A DNA stretch of 64,000 bases, taken from positions 1,440,001 through 1,504,000 of the forward strand of contig CAWGXH010000004.1 in NCBI GenBank assembly GCA_963826525.1, read 5' to 3'. This stretch comes from an uncultured Methanomicrobiaceae archaeon. GTDB taxonomy: Archaea; Halobacteriota; Methanomicrobia; Methanomicrobiales; Methanoculleaceae. The notes under the pieces were generated by a model. The model searched no databases. It saw nothing but the letters and a program-made list of their open reading frames with translations, and had not been told where the DNA came from. Positions 52,130 through 61,931 of the stretch are shown in pieces. Every line of letters starts with the position of its first letter. The first letter of the stretch is position 1. The position numbers were made by a program, and so were the translations under genes.

Positions 52130-53599
52130 TCAGCATTTCTGAAGGATGATCTTGATGGCCGCCCCTTCCCCCGGTTTTCCGGGAACACGATCTGCTGCCC
52201 AGACTCTGCCGCCGTACTGATCGACCAGTGTCTTGACGATATGGAGGCCGAGGCCGCGGCTCCCCGGCGTCTGTCTTCCTCCTCGCGTGAAACGGTCAAA
52301 GATGTTCGGTTTTAGGGGATCGGGGATGCCGATGCCGTTGTCCGCAACGGTGAGGGTTACAATCTCTTCGGTCTCGAGAGCGGAGATCTCGATCACTACC
52401 TTCATTCCGCCGTACTTGATGCTGTTGCTGATCAGGTTGGAGATGATATGCTCGAGGAGCGGGTTAGCCCAGACGGTGCAGTTGCAGCCGTGGTAGCGTA
52501 TGTGAATTCCGCTATAGCGTCTGATCTGTTCCCGCATGAGTGCATCGAGATCGACGGGGCCAAGCGACGTCCGGTGCTGGTTGAGGGTATTGAGCAGCTC
52601 GACGTTCTTGATGATATTGATGTTCTGCTCGATGGTCGTCTTGACACGCTGCGCAAGTTCCTCCTCTTCGCCATCGAGCCGTTCCCGCAGCATTTCGATG
52701 ATCGTCGCGGCAACCATGCTCGTGTTGTAGATGTCGTTGCTCAGAAGGTCGAGGTACAGACTGGAGACCTGATTGGTCTCCTGCACCGTTCTTTCAAACC
52801 GCATGCGGTTTGAGATGTCGCGACTGACACCGGTTGCCGCGACGATTTTTCCCGATGTATCGTGGAGCGGATGAAGGGTTGTCTGGAATGCCCGCTCCTC
52901 GCCGTGCCACAAAAACCTCCTCTCCTGTGAGACGATCTGTCCGGTATCGATCACCTGCCGGGCGGCGGCCACAATATACTCGGCCTCCTCCTTCGGAAAC
53001 AGGGCATCCGGTCCTCTGCCGACGAGATCTCCGGGGTCGATGCCATATCTCCGGGCATCGTTCCACGAAAACTCGAGAAATGTCCCGTCACGGTGTATCG
53101 TAAAGAACATGTCGGGGAGAGAGTGTATCAGGGTCCGGATCTGTTCTTCAGAACGTCGGAGAGAGTTCTCTGCCGCCCGCTTCTCGGTTATGTCAAAGAG
53201 TGTCTCGACCGCCCCGATGCGTCTCCCGCTGCTGTTGTAGAGCGGACCTGCGGTGCACGCGACCTGTCTCCCGTTCGTTAAGGGAACACAGGATTCGGCA
53301 TATACCTGATCTCCGTTCCTGATAAGGTTTCGATACAACCCGTCGCCCGGGGTGCCCTGACCGAGTATTTCGTCGACCAGCATCGGGCGCCGCTCGCCGA
53401 AGAGGATCCGGCTGTGCTCAAACTCTCCCCTGCCGACGATATCCCGGGCGCGGACGCCGGTGAGGTCTTCCATGGTGTGGTTCCAGACAAGAACGTTTCC
53501 CTCAGTATCGAGCGCGAATGCCGGTCCCGGGATCTGATCGATGATGCCAATATCCATGCTGCCGTTCGTCATAATCTCCCTGATTCTCTGTTGATTCAT
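52130..53599 (-). CDS. PAS-PAS sensor histidine kinase-like protein
   Basis: Two PAS domains, HATPase boxes NLISNSIKY, DNGIGI, IFDRF, GLGL; H-box reads LLSNDIYN. Confidence 0.9.
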   Translation of the reverse strand: MNQQRIREIMTNGSMDIGIIDQIPGPAFALDTEGNVLVWNHTMEDLTGVRARDIVGRGEFEHSRILFGERRPMLVDEILGQGTPGDGLYRNLIRNGDQVYAESCVPLTNGRQVACTAGPLYNSSGRRIGAVETLFDITEKRAAENSLRRSEEQIRTLIHSLPDMFFTIHRDGTFLEFSWNDARRYGIDPGDLVGRGPDALFPKEEAEYIVAAARQVIDTGQIVSQERRFLWHGEERAFQTTLHPLHDTSGKIVAATGVSRDISNRMRFERTVQETNQVSSLYLDLLSNDIYNTSMVAATIIEMLRERLDGEEEELAQRVKTTIEQNINIIKNVELLNTLNQHRTSLGPVDLDALMREQIRRYSGIHIRYHGCNCTVWANPLLEHIISNLISNSIKYGGMKVVIEISALETEEIVTLTVADNGIGIPDPLKPNIFDRFTRGGRQTPGSRGLGLHIVKTLVDQYGGRVWAADRVPGKPGEGAAIKIILQKC

Positions 53600-54311
53600 T
53601 CTCACGCTCTCGTCACTCCATGAGATTCTCTACCCCTTCACTGCCTGTAACCCGGGCTTCGTCGGTGGTTGATCTTCGGTGTACCTGGCGGGGCATAATT
53701 AGTGTATCGGTTCCCGGTGCCTGATCGCCGGCGGATGGGGACAGATGACGGCACGTCCGACTGCATACGCACGGTGAATGATGCAAATACCTCTGTGTGC
53801 GCCTGTATCTGACCGCGTCCGGCGTGTTTTACACGGTATTTGCGTGATCAAATGTCGTGAAGAGACGCTTAAAACTGTATCTATTTATCTGTCTTGAAAT
53901 ATATCAGGATTCATATGCTGTACTTATGCTTTGTTATTCTCTCTCTCCCCTGAGAGGAATGTGAATACCTTTTTTCGGGAATATCCTACCCTCCTGCTGA
54001 TTTTACCCGATGCATACGCGGCGATGAAAGGTTCAACGGAACGCGAGGGAGAGAGGCCGGGGGCGGCGGGGGATGCAGGGGCGTGGGATAAACCCCGGTG
54101 CCGATCTGCCCGCATCGGCCGAAACCCGGGGAATTGCATGCTCTCCGAACGGGTCGCGGTGAGGGCCATCCCGCACCGGGCGCTTCCGTTGACCAACCCG
54201 CTTTCCGGCCGTGAATGTGCGGCAAATTGCCTTGAAATCTGCTAAAATCTGTTAATTAAAGTATTTTTTTGGGCGGGAACTTTAATATGGAGTATCGTCA
54301 GTACTCTAGTA

Positions 54312-55016
54312 ATGTTCGGGCGGTACGACTATACGTTTCACGTCGAAGACGGGAGCATTAAGGCCGAAATTGAGCGGAAAGACGGCCTCTACTGCTATCG
54401 GAGAACGTGTGGCGAAAAAAGGTTCGAAAGGCTTCTGGCATCCGAGTCGGGGGGAATAATCGTCAATCCGGTCGAGCCGCTTAGCCTCCCGAAAGAGATC
54501 ACGAACTACCTGCTGATAGAGTTCGATCCGATAATTATCGAACCGGGCTCGGTCAACCGGTTCTACCTGACGTTTCCGGTTGAGATCGGCGTCTTCGTCG
54601 AATCAAAGCGTGATATCGAGGTGCTCGACGTCTTCAGCCTCGTTCACCAGAAATACACTCTCTACGGTTCGGCGAGCGACGGTGTCATCGCCCGATGGTA
54701 CCATAGCGAGATCTACCCGGATATCCCGGAGGTGCATCCTCTGACGGAGGGGGTGATGGAACTCACCATCCGGAACACCTGCCGTGAGTGGGTTACGGTA
54801 TCACAGGCGGTCTTTGAGAGTTACGATATGAAGATCTACTACAACGATATCGTCTCGATGACCGCCCAGATGCGGATCATCACGAAACGTCAGGCGGAGA
54901 CGGACATTCTCGACACACCGCTCAAGCCCGGGATGAAGAAGTCGATCGAGCTCTATACTGCCCGGGGTATTCCGTCAATCAAGAAAGGATTTCTCATGGA
55001 GTGGGGATTGGCGTGA
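54312..55016 (+). CDS. DUF432 protein
   Basis: NPVEP, FPVEIGVF, KYTLYG...GVIARW; typical MscS neighbour. Confidence 0.85.
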   Translation: MFGRYDYTFHVEDGSIKAEIERKDGLYCYRRTCGEKRFERLLASESGGIIVNPVEPLSLPKEITNYLLIEFDPIIIEPGSVNRFYLTFPVEIGVFVESKRDIEVLDVFSLVHQKYTLYGSASDGVIARWYHSEIYPDIPEVHPLTEGVMELTIRNTCREWVTVSQAVFESYDMKIYYNDIVSMTAQMRIITKRQAETDILDTPLKPGMKKSIELYTARGIPSIKKGFLMEWGLA

Positions 55017-55858
55017 ACGTAACGTCGGTCCTGGAGGTCCCGATCGGCTACGGCACCCTGACCGTCGGGAGCATCCTCTCCGTCATTCTCATCCTCATCG
55101 TCGGCATAGTGATCGCAAAGGTCGTGGCGCTCAACCTCAGGAGGGCACTGCACGAGAGAGTTCCGAAGAACGACCTTGAGGTTCTCGCAAAGATCGTTTA
55201 CTACGCCATCGTCGTCGGGGCGGTCATCATCGCGCTGCCGTACCTGAACATCGACCTCTCCGGCCTTCTCGTCGCAGGGGGTATCGTCGGTCTTGTGATT
55301 GCTTTTGCCAGTCAGAGTGTCGTCTCGAATCTCGTCTCCGGCCTGTTTCTCGTGATCGAACGGCCGATTAAGATAGGCGATAACATCGGCTTCGATGGCG
55401 TGTCGGGCAACATCGAGGATATCCGCATTCTCTCGACCGTCGTCAAGACGTACGACGGGATTTACGTCCGGATCCCGAACGAGAAGGTCTTCACATCGAA
55501 TATCACGAACTACGTGCAGAACGTCGCCCGGCGGTTCGACTACACCGTGGGGATCCGCTACCAGGACGATGCCGACAGGGCGGTCGCGGTCATAAAAGAG
55601 GTCATCTGGAGCCACCCCTTTGCGTTGAAAAGCCCTGCACCCTCGGTCTACGTCGACTCACTCGGTGATAACAGCGTCAATATCAGCGTCAGGATCTGGG
55701 CGCCGTCCCGGGAGTGGTGGGATGTCAGGACGGATCTTCTCTGGAAGATAAAGACCGAACTCGAACAGAACGGCATCGAGATACCGTTCCCGCAGAGGAC
55801 GCTCTGGTTTGCGAACGAGCTGAAGGGAGAGGTATCGGGAAGGGACACCGGGAGATAG
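55013..55858 (+). CDS. mscS: Small-conductance mechanosensitive channel
   Basis: AFASQSVVSNLVSG, ERPIKIGD, IPNEKVF, IEIPFPQR. Confidence 0.93.
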   Translation: MNVTSVLEVPIGYGTLTVGSILSVILILIVGIVIAKVVALNLRRALHERVPKNDLEVLAKIVYYAIVVGAVIIALPYLNIDLSGLLVAGGIVGLVIAFASQSVVSNLVSGLFLVIERPIKIGDNIGFDGVSGNIEDIRILSTVVKTYDGIYVRIPNEKVFTSNITNYVQNVARRFDYTVGIRYQDDADRAVAVIKEVIWSHPFALKSPAPSVYVDSLGDNSVNISVRIWAPSREWWDVRTDLLWKIKTELEQNGIEIPFPQRTLWFANELKGEVSGRDTGR

Positions 55859-55872
55859 ATTCCTTTCGTTTC

Positions 55873-56538
55873 CTACTCGATCCGGTGAACTTTTCCCGCT
55901 CCTCCCGGGTGGAATGCATCCGGATAGCGCTTCTGCAGCTCTTCGATCCGGTCGGTGCAGTGTGAGGCGGAGAGGTAGGAGACCGCCCCGAGGGCGTCGA
56001 TATCCTCCGGCGATACGGTGTGAAGCCCGCCGATGACCCCTAAGACCGCCCCCCGTTCTGCAACCGCGCTGATGATCCTTGCTATATGCGGGTGGGCACA
56101 CCCCGTAACGATCAGAAATCCGCCGGCTCCTTCGACGACGAGCGCCTGTTCGGGAATCTCGTCGCCGAGCGGCCCTGTCGAGAAGACGCCTTCTGCAAGG
56201 GGACTCCATTCTTCGACGATCCGTGGCGGTGTATGGGCATCGAGCAGGTCGAGGGTCTTCTTCGAGAACCCTGCAGGCACAAAGACCTCTATGTCCGGGT
56301 TTGCACGAAGGACGGCGGCCGCTCCTCCGGTATGGTCCCAGTGATCGTGCGAGAGAACCAGTCGCCTGACGGATGCGGGGTCGATGCCGAGACGCTGCAT
56401 ATTCCCGAGCAGTACGTCTCCTCGGCCTCCGGTATCAAAGAGTATGCCCGTCTCCTGCAGAAAACAGGAGAACCCTTTGGCCGTGACGAGACCAGGGTCG
56501 TATCCTATGTTGTTGTAGACCTCAACGATAGTTGCCAT
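55873..56538 (-). CDS. MBL-fold metallohydrolase
   Basis: Start trimmed to MATIVEVY; LFDTG, SHDHWDHTGG, TGCAHP, GGLH, HCT. Confidence 0.9.
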   Translation of the reverse strand: MATIVEVYNNIGYDPGLVTAKGFSCFLQETGILFDTGGRGDVLLGNMQRLGIDPASVRRLVLSHDHWDHTGGAAAVLRANPDIEVFVPAGFSKKTLDLLDAHTPPRIVEEWSPLAEGVFSTGPLGDEIPEQALVVEGAGGFLIVTGCAHPHIARIISAVAERGAVLGVIGGLHTVSPEDIDALGAVSYLSASHCTDRIEELQKRYPDAFHPGGAGKVHRIE

Positions 56539-56626
56539 GCGCGACCACCATACGCACCGATTGTATTCCGACTGCGATAATGGTTGCCCTGGCCTGTCCG
56601 GGAGAAGAAAGAAAAGAAGAGGGGTA

Positions 56627-57367
56627 TCAGGCAATGATGTAGGTGATCGAGACCGTTGCGGTCACGTCCATCTCACCGACTTCGATCGGGGTGGGCACGC
56701 CCATCGCTTTCTCGGCGGTGCCGCTGTAGGACATTGCCGAGTCATACCTGACGGGGATGTAGCTACCGCCGACGTTGACCTCTTTCACGTCGACGATGGT
56801 CTTACCGAGTGCTGCCGCCACCGCATCGGCATCGTTCCGTGCCTGCTGCACGGCTGCGGTCAGTGCCTGGGTGCGGAGCTCCTGCTGCCGGTCGTCGCTG
56901 ATGGTGAACTCGATCTGGTTCACCCGGTTTGCACCGTTTGCAATGGCGATATCGATGATCTCGCCTGCCCGGTTCACGTCGTCCAGCGTTACCCGCACTG
57001 TGTTCGTTACCCGGTAGTACTTGACCTTCGCACTCGACCAGGTGGCGCTGACGGTGTCTTCGGTCACCGGGGTGATGGTGTACCCGGTCGTCTTGATATT
57101 CTCGGCTGGGATTCCCGCTGCCTTCAGGGCGGCGATGACTGCGTCCATCCGCTTTGCATTCTCCTGTTGCGCCGTCGCGACGTCGGCGTTCTCGGTCTCG
57201 ACAGCGAGCGAGACGGTTGCCTGGTTCGGGGTCGTGGTCACTTTTCCGGTACCGGAGGTGTAGATGACCTTCTCTTTTATGTCTTCAGACTGTGCTGCAA
57301 CGTTGCCGATGACTGCAACGGAGAGCACCAGAAGAGCTGCTGCCAGTAGCGCAAGTTTTACCCGCAT
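56627..57367 (-). CDS. SIMPL (DUF541) secreted protein
   Basis: Signal peptide, GTGKV, AIANGAN, ALTAAVQQAR..A..VA, PIEVGE. Confidence 0.92.
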   Translation of the reverse strand: MRVKLALLAAALLVLSVAVIGNVAAQSEDIKEKVIYTSGTGKVTTTPNQATVSLAVETENADVATAQQENAKRMDAVIAALKAAGIPAENIKTTGYTITPVTEDTVSATWSSAKVKYYRVTNTVRVTLDDVNRAGEIIDIAIANGANRVNQIEFTISDDRQQELRTQALTAAVQQARNDADAVAAALGKTIVDVKEVNVGGSYIPVRYDSAMSYSGTAEKAMGVPTPIEVGEMDVTATVSITYIIA

Positions 57368-57468
57368 AAGTATCGATCAGATGTTGCTTTCGGAAAAATA
57401 AATATCTTCCTTTAACTTCGAGAATATTCGCAGTTATTTTTCGTCCTTTTTCAAAAATAAAGGTAATT

Positions 57469-58197
57469 TCACTTTTTCTGCTCGGCATCACCATCCTGCT
57501 CGGACGACCTGCCGAGAGACCCGATCAGCCGTGAGATGAGGACGGCGACGTAGAGGACTCCGCTCACCGCCTCAAGCATGGCGAGCGACCGTGCCTGATC
57601 GGTTACCGGGGTGATGTCCCCGTACCCGAGCGTCGTCATGGTAACGAAGCTGTAGTAGAGGAGATCCTGGAATGCTAACGAGCCGCCCGGGTCATGCACC
57701 GTGCTGGCATAGAACGACCCGGGGTAGACGGTTTCGATGAAGGTATACCCGTTTGCAAAAGTCAGTCCAATGAGGAGGTAGACAGAGACCGCTCCGTAGA
57801 TGGTATCGGTGGTGATCGTCCGCGACCGCAGGACGACGCTGAGAATTATGATGGTGGTATATGCGTAAAATACGAGAGAAATCGCGTTTTCAGCGGTATT
57901 CAGCGTGGGGATGCCGGTAACGACGTACAGCCACCCGGAGAGCAGCGCCGCCGATGCAAAGAGGCCTGCAACAACCAATGCCCTTCTGCTGTCGCCGACG
58001 GCATGGACCCCGGCGATGAGCACGATGGAGGTAAGGACCTTAAAGAAGATCTCCCCGCCGTCTTCCGGGCCTACGTAGGGGTAGAGTGCCAGCAGCAGGA
58101 TAAGGGATGTTAAGAGGACGAGGAATTTGCGGCGCACACCGTCGCGACGAATCCTGATCAGCCCCGCCCGCAGCGTATCGGTCGTACTGCCCATCAT
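57469..58197 (-). CDS. Potassium channel family protein (Ion_trans_2 pore)
   Basis: YYSFVTMTTLGYGDITP selectivity filter with preceding TM helices. Confidence 0.9.
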   Translation of the reverse strand: MMGSTTDTLRAGLIRIRRDGVRRKFLVLLTSLILLLALYPYVGPEDGGEIFFKVLTSIVLIAGVHAVGDSRRALVVAGLFASAALLSGWLYVVTGIPTLNTAENAISLVFYAYTTIIILSVVLRSRTITTDTIYGAVSVYLLIGLTFANGYTFIETVYPGSFYASTVHDPGGSLAFQDLLYYSFVTMTTLGYGDITPVTDQARSLAMLEAVSGVLYVAVLISRLIGSLGRSSEQDGDAEQKK

Positions 58198-58257
58198 CGC
58201 CTCTCCCGGCGATAACCTCGCTCCTCCCACTACAAAACTCTTGCCACTCGCCCCGGG

Positions 58258-59675
58258 TTATGCTCTCTCCTCACCGTGCTCCCCGAATGCGAGGGCGGCA
58301 AGATCGGCCGCCAGGTCGGCGGCAGTCTGATATCTGCGGCCGGGGTCTTTCTCGAGGCATTTTCTGACGATCGCATCGAAGGGCTCGACGCCGGGACGGA
58401 TCGCCGACGGAGGCACCGGTTCGGTCTCGAGAAGAGCGGTGCTGAACCCGGCGATATCCTCTCCCGGGAAGGGAACCGTGCCGGTCAGGAGTTCGTACAG
58501 GATGACCCCGAGTTGGTAGATGTCCGTCCGCTCATCCGTTCTGCCGAAACGCCCCGGAGCGATCTGTTCCGGGGCGGCATAGACGAGTGAGAATCCGAGC
58601 ATACTCGTCGCACGTCTCTCTGCGAGGATCGTACCCATCCCCCAGTCGGTAATCTTCGGCACTCCGTCGTTTGCGATCAGAATATTGTGAGGCTTGATAT
58701 CCCGGTGGATGACTCCTTTGGCGTGAGCGTAGACGAGTCCCTCGGCAATCCCCATGGCGATCGAACGGCACAGAGCAGGGTTTAACGGTTTTCTCATCTC
58801 TTCAAGCGATCCTGCGACGTACTCCATCTCCACGAAGGGGATGGGAAGGATGTTGACCGAATAGACCTCGACGATATTGGGGTGGACGAGTCTCTCCCAG
58901 AACCGCATCTCATTTAAGAACGATCTTCCCGTGGCTTCGTCGAAGGCGATGGGTATCTTCACGGCGACGATCGCACCGTCGCCTCTTCGCTCTGCCTTGA
59001 AGACCATGCCGAGGCCGCCTTTCCCGATAAACTCACTATGGCTGTACTTACTCTGCAGCCCGGCCGGGATCTCCGGCGCGTGGAGCACTGCCGGGGTCGT
59101 CCCTGCCTGCGGCGTCCCGGGGTCGGCCCGTATGGTTGCCGCTGCATTCGTCTCCGGGACCTTCCTGTTCCGCTCCCGGTGGTAGTACCACACGAAGACG
59201 GCAAGGGCTGCGAGGAGAGCGAGCAGAGCGAGCAGAAGGAGGGTTGCATCACCCGCCGCTCCCCGTTCCGGCGTACCCCGGATCTGTTCTGCTGCAGAAA
59301 CCGACACGACATCGCGGTCGCCTGCACTACCGGTGTGCCCGGGGTAGCGGTTTCGGATTGCCCGGGTACCGGCGTATCCAACAGATCCGGAGATGCCACG
59401 TCTTCATTATCTGCCCTGTTGCTGCCGGGGGTGTCCTTCGATCCGGAGATCTTCTTCCCCCGGGTCGTGCTGCTCTCTTCCTGAACGGTAGTATCGTCAG
59501 CTGCAAGGTCGATCTCCGCCTGGATCGACTCTGCATTCGTGCCCGGTGCGCCGACGGTGTTGGTTGCGGCAAGCGCACCGGGAGCACAGGCGGCAAGGAG
59601 CAGCAGGAGAAGAAGGGTCGTAAGGCAGCACTGTCGTGCCCGGGTGTGGCCCGGTCTGCCGCCGCCGCGGGTCAG
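58258..59675 (-). CDS. Membrane-anchored Hanks-type Ser/Thr protein kinase (signal peptide, low-complexity ectodomain, TM), frame change near 59310
   Basis: GKGGLG, VAVK, HRDIKPHN, DWG, APE, DIYQLG; TM LLLLALLALLAALAVFVWYY; upstream frame encodes CCLTTLLLLLLLAACAPGALA. Start position is uncertain. Confidence 0.85.
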
Positions 59676-60472
59676 GACTCCACCCCCCGACTTTCGGTTC
59701 CCCCGACGAAGACGAAGGATGCTCCGAAGATACCTTTTGCAAGTTCTATGAGATCGCCGTCTTTGAGTGCAGATCTCCGGTGAGGAACGAGTACGGTACC
59801 GTTGATAAACGTACCGCCGGTGCTCCCGCAGTCCTCGAGGTGCCAGATTCCGCTCTGCAGAATAAAGACGGCATGCGGTTTTGATATGCGGGTCACGGCA
59901 CCGTACTCCTCGGAGAGTATGATGGCGGAGCCGGGATCGTACGCCGCCGGAGTATCCCGGTCGACTCTGCCGACCGCAATGCGGTTTCCCTTGAGCGGGA
60001 AGGAAGTCCCGTCATCAGGCCCGCCGAGGAGCGTGACGGCCGGTGCCGACCCTGCAAACTCTTCCGAAACCTTGCCGCGGACTGCCGCGAGCCTGACCGT
60101 GAGGTCGGCGTCGGTAATGGTAAGTTTCATGTTGGAGAAGAGGCCGAGATTTCTCACGATCGCCTCCATCCCCCCGGGCACGAGCGAATACTTCCAGACC
60201 GGATGAATACCTCGTGCGGTCTCTCGCGACAGCCCCGCCTCTTTCCGGACAACGCCGATGCTGAGAAGCTTATCCATATGCTTCTTTGTGTTTTCGTAGC
60301 TCGACTGGATCTCCGATGCGATCCGGCGGATCTCCTTCGGTTTTCTCTCGATGATCTTGAGGATCTTAAGCCGCGTGGTGCTTGAGAGGACGTCCAGATA
60401 CTCGGAGAGTTCCTGCAGTGAATCCGCATCTTCCGGCAGAATGATTGTTTTTCCTGCTTCGTCCCCGTTCAT
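59672..60472 (-). CDS. ArsR-type HTH + FHA domain regulator
   Basis: VLSSTTRLKILK, YENTKKHMDKL (wHTH); AVGR, RISKPHA, DCGSTGGTFING (FHA). Confidence 0.9.
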   Translation of the reverse strand: MNGDEAGKTIILPEDADSLQELSEYLDVLSSTTRLKILKIIERKPKEIRRIASEIQSSYENTKKHMDKLLSIGVVRKEAGLSRETARGIHPVWKYSLVPGGMEAIVRNLGLFSNMKLTITDADLTVRLAAVRGKVSEEFAGSAPAVTLLGGPDDGTSFPLKGNRIAVGRVDRDTPAAYDPGSAIILSEEYGAVTRISKPHAVFILQSGIWHLEDCGSTGGTFINGTVLVPHRRSALKDGDLIELAKGIFGASFVFVGGTESRGVES

Positions 60473-60690
60473 AGACCTCCCCGCTCCGGCCACCCGGCCA
60501 TGTACTCCTATGGGTGAACTGTTCCCAATAAGATTGCGAAATTATCCGCATCCCTGTTGAACCGGCAATGGTAAGAGTAATTTCCCTGTACCCTGGATAA
60601 GTCTCTTCGATCCCCGGGATGCAACTTTTCGGATGAGTCTCGATCATCCGGGATCACGTTTATTACCACTCATGGTATCTCCAGAGGAAC

Positions 60691-60951
60691 ATGATGAACG
60701 GCATGACATCCCTGCAGCAGAGGCAGGTAATGGCACAGATCGAGGAGATGATCCAGTCGAACCCCGACTACTCGGGCGTGAAATCCGAACTTGAATCGCT
60801 CAATTTTATTCCGCAGACCGACAGGCCGGAGTATGCGGTCTGGGTTCAACCGGATCTTCAGATCCTTGTCTTTCTCAGAATAAACCTCGGCGGGGGGTAT
60901 TCAGGGTACCGCATCGCATCCTTCGACGAAGTGGCGCCGGCCAGGCGTTGA
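60691..60951 (+). CDS. Small hypothetical protein
   Basis: Protein-like 86-aa ORF with GAGG RBS and TTTATT promoter-like tract upstream. Confidence 0.6.
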   Translation: MMNGMTSLQQRQVMAQIEEMIQSNPDYSGVKSELESLNFIPQTDRPEYAVWVQPDLQILVFLRINLGGGYSGYRIASFDEVAPARR

Positions 60952-61256
60952 GTGCATCGCAACCGTGGACTGCCTTTCACCACCTCGAAAATACTCCTTA
61001 CCTGATTCTTGAGTGCAAGATGCACTCAACGCCGGGTAGCGCGACGGGCATGCCGCTGCCCTCGCCGGCCTCAGGTTTATGCAGGCTGCATAACCTCAGC
61101 TTCCGTGCTATGGAGGATACGCCCGGTTTTGCCCGGTGGGAGAGCCGTGAGTATGAACTCGTCGTCCTGGTCCGGATGGATCCGGAGACGCAGGCTATAA
61201 CCGAAGCGAAAGTCTTTGCATCCGGTGAGCCGGGAGCGGAGACGTTTCCGCGATAA
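60948..61256 (+). CDS. Small hypothetical protein, C-terminal half similar to the upstream ORF
   Basis: Overlaps the upstream stop (TTGA); LHNLSF...D.PGFARW...LVVLVRM parallels LESLNF...DRPEYAVW...ILVFLRI. Confidence 0.5.
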   Translation: MSASQPWTAFHHLENTPYLILECKMHSTPGSATGMPLPSPASGLCRLHNLSFRAMEDTPGFARWESREYELVVLVRMDPETQAITEAKVFASGEPGAETFPR

Positions 61257-61268
61257 TCTCTGCCAGGG

Positions 61269-61835
61269 CTATCTCTTCCCGAACTCTTCGCGGATCTTCC
61301 TGACCACGTCTTCACCTATTCTCCGGAAGTCTTCTCCTATCTCGTCCCATGTCCTGTCCGTGCTGCTGTCTCTCCCTTCTTTGCCGTTCTGCGCTTTGCC
61401 GTCGGCGTCGGCGGAAGAGGTGGCGATTCCGATGAACCCCCCGATCAGGACGATGAGGAAGACCGCCGGATAGATGAGGAATGCAAATTCCTGGAGGAGC
61501 AGGAACACGCCGACGCCCGAGATCACGGCGACCAGTCCGAAGAGCCGGATCAGAAACGCTACCAGAAAGACGGCACCGATGGCATTGAACAGTGGCGCGG
61601 GAATATTTGCGGGGAACCGCAATGTTCCGAAGATATCTCCGATGAGGAAGAATGCCGTTATGATAACGATTAGTCCGAGACTGGCGTTCAGGAAGAGAAC
61701 GATCTGGAGATAGAGTGGGGCCTGAAACGATTCCGCAACGATATTCAGGACGCCGAGGACGATCAGGAATATAATAAGGCCGATGATGCGGGAGAGGGTA
61801 ATTCCGACGATCGATCGGCGGTTGCGTTCTGTCAT
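61269..61835 (-). CDS. Hypothetical membrane protein (about 4 TM)
   Basis: Four hydrophobic segments, charged tail with TWDEIGEDFR. Confidence 0.8.
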   Translation of the reverse strand: MTERNRRSIVGITLSRIIGLIIFLIVLGVLNIVAESFQAPLYLQIVLFLNASLGLIVIITAFFLIGDIFGTLRFPANIPAPLFNAIGAVFLVAFLIRLFGLVAVISGVGVFLLLQEFAFLIYPAVFLIVLIGGFIGIATSSADADGKAQNGKEGRDSSTDRTWDEIGEDFRRIGEDVVRKIREEFGKR

Positions 61836-61931
61836 GGACTGTATTCGTCTTATACAGGTTCCCTTATGTACTTTCCCCGGAAGAGCCGAAAAAGGGGTTT
61901 GGTGTTTGGTCTCTTGCCGGCGGTCAAGTGT

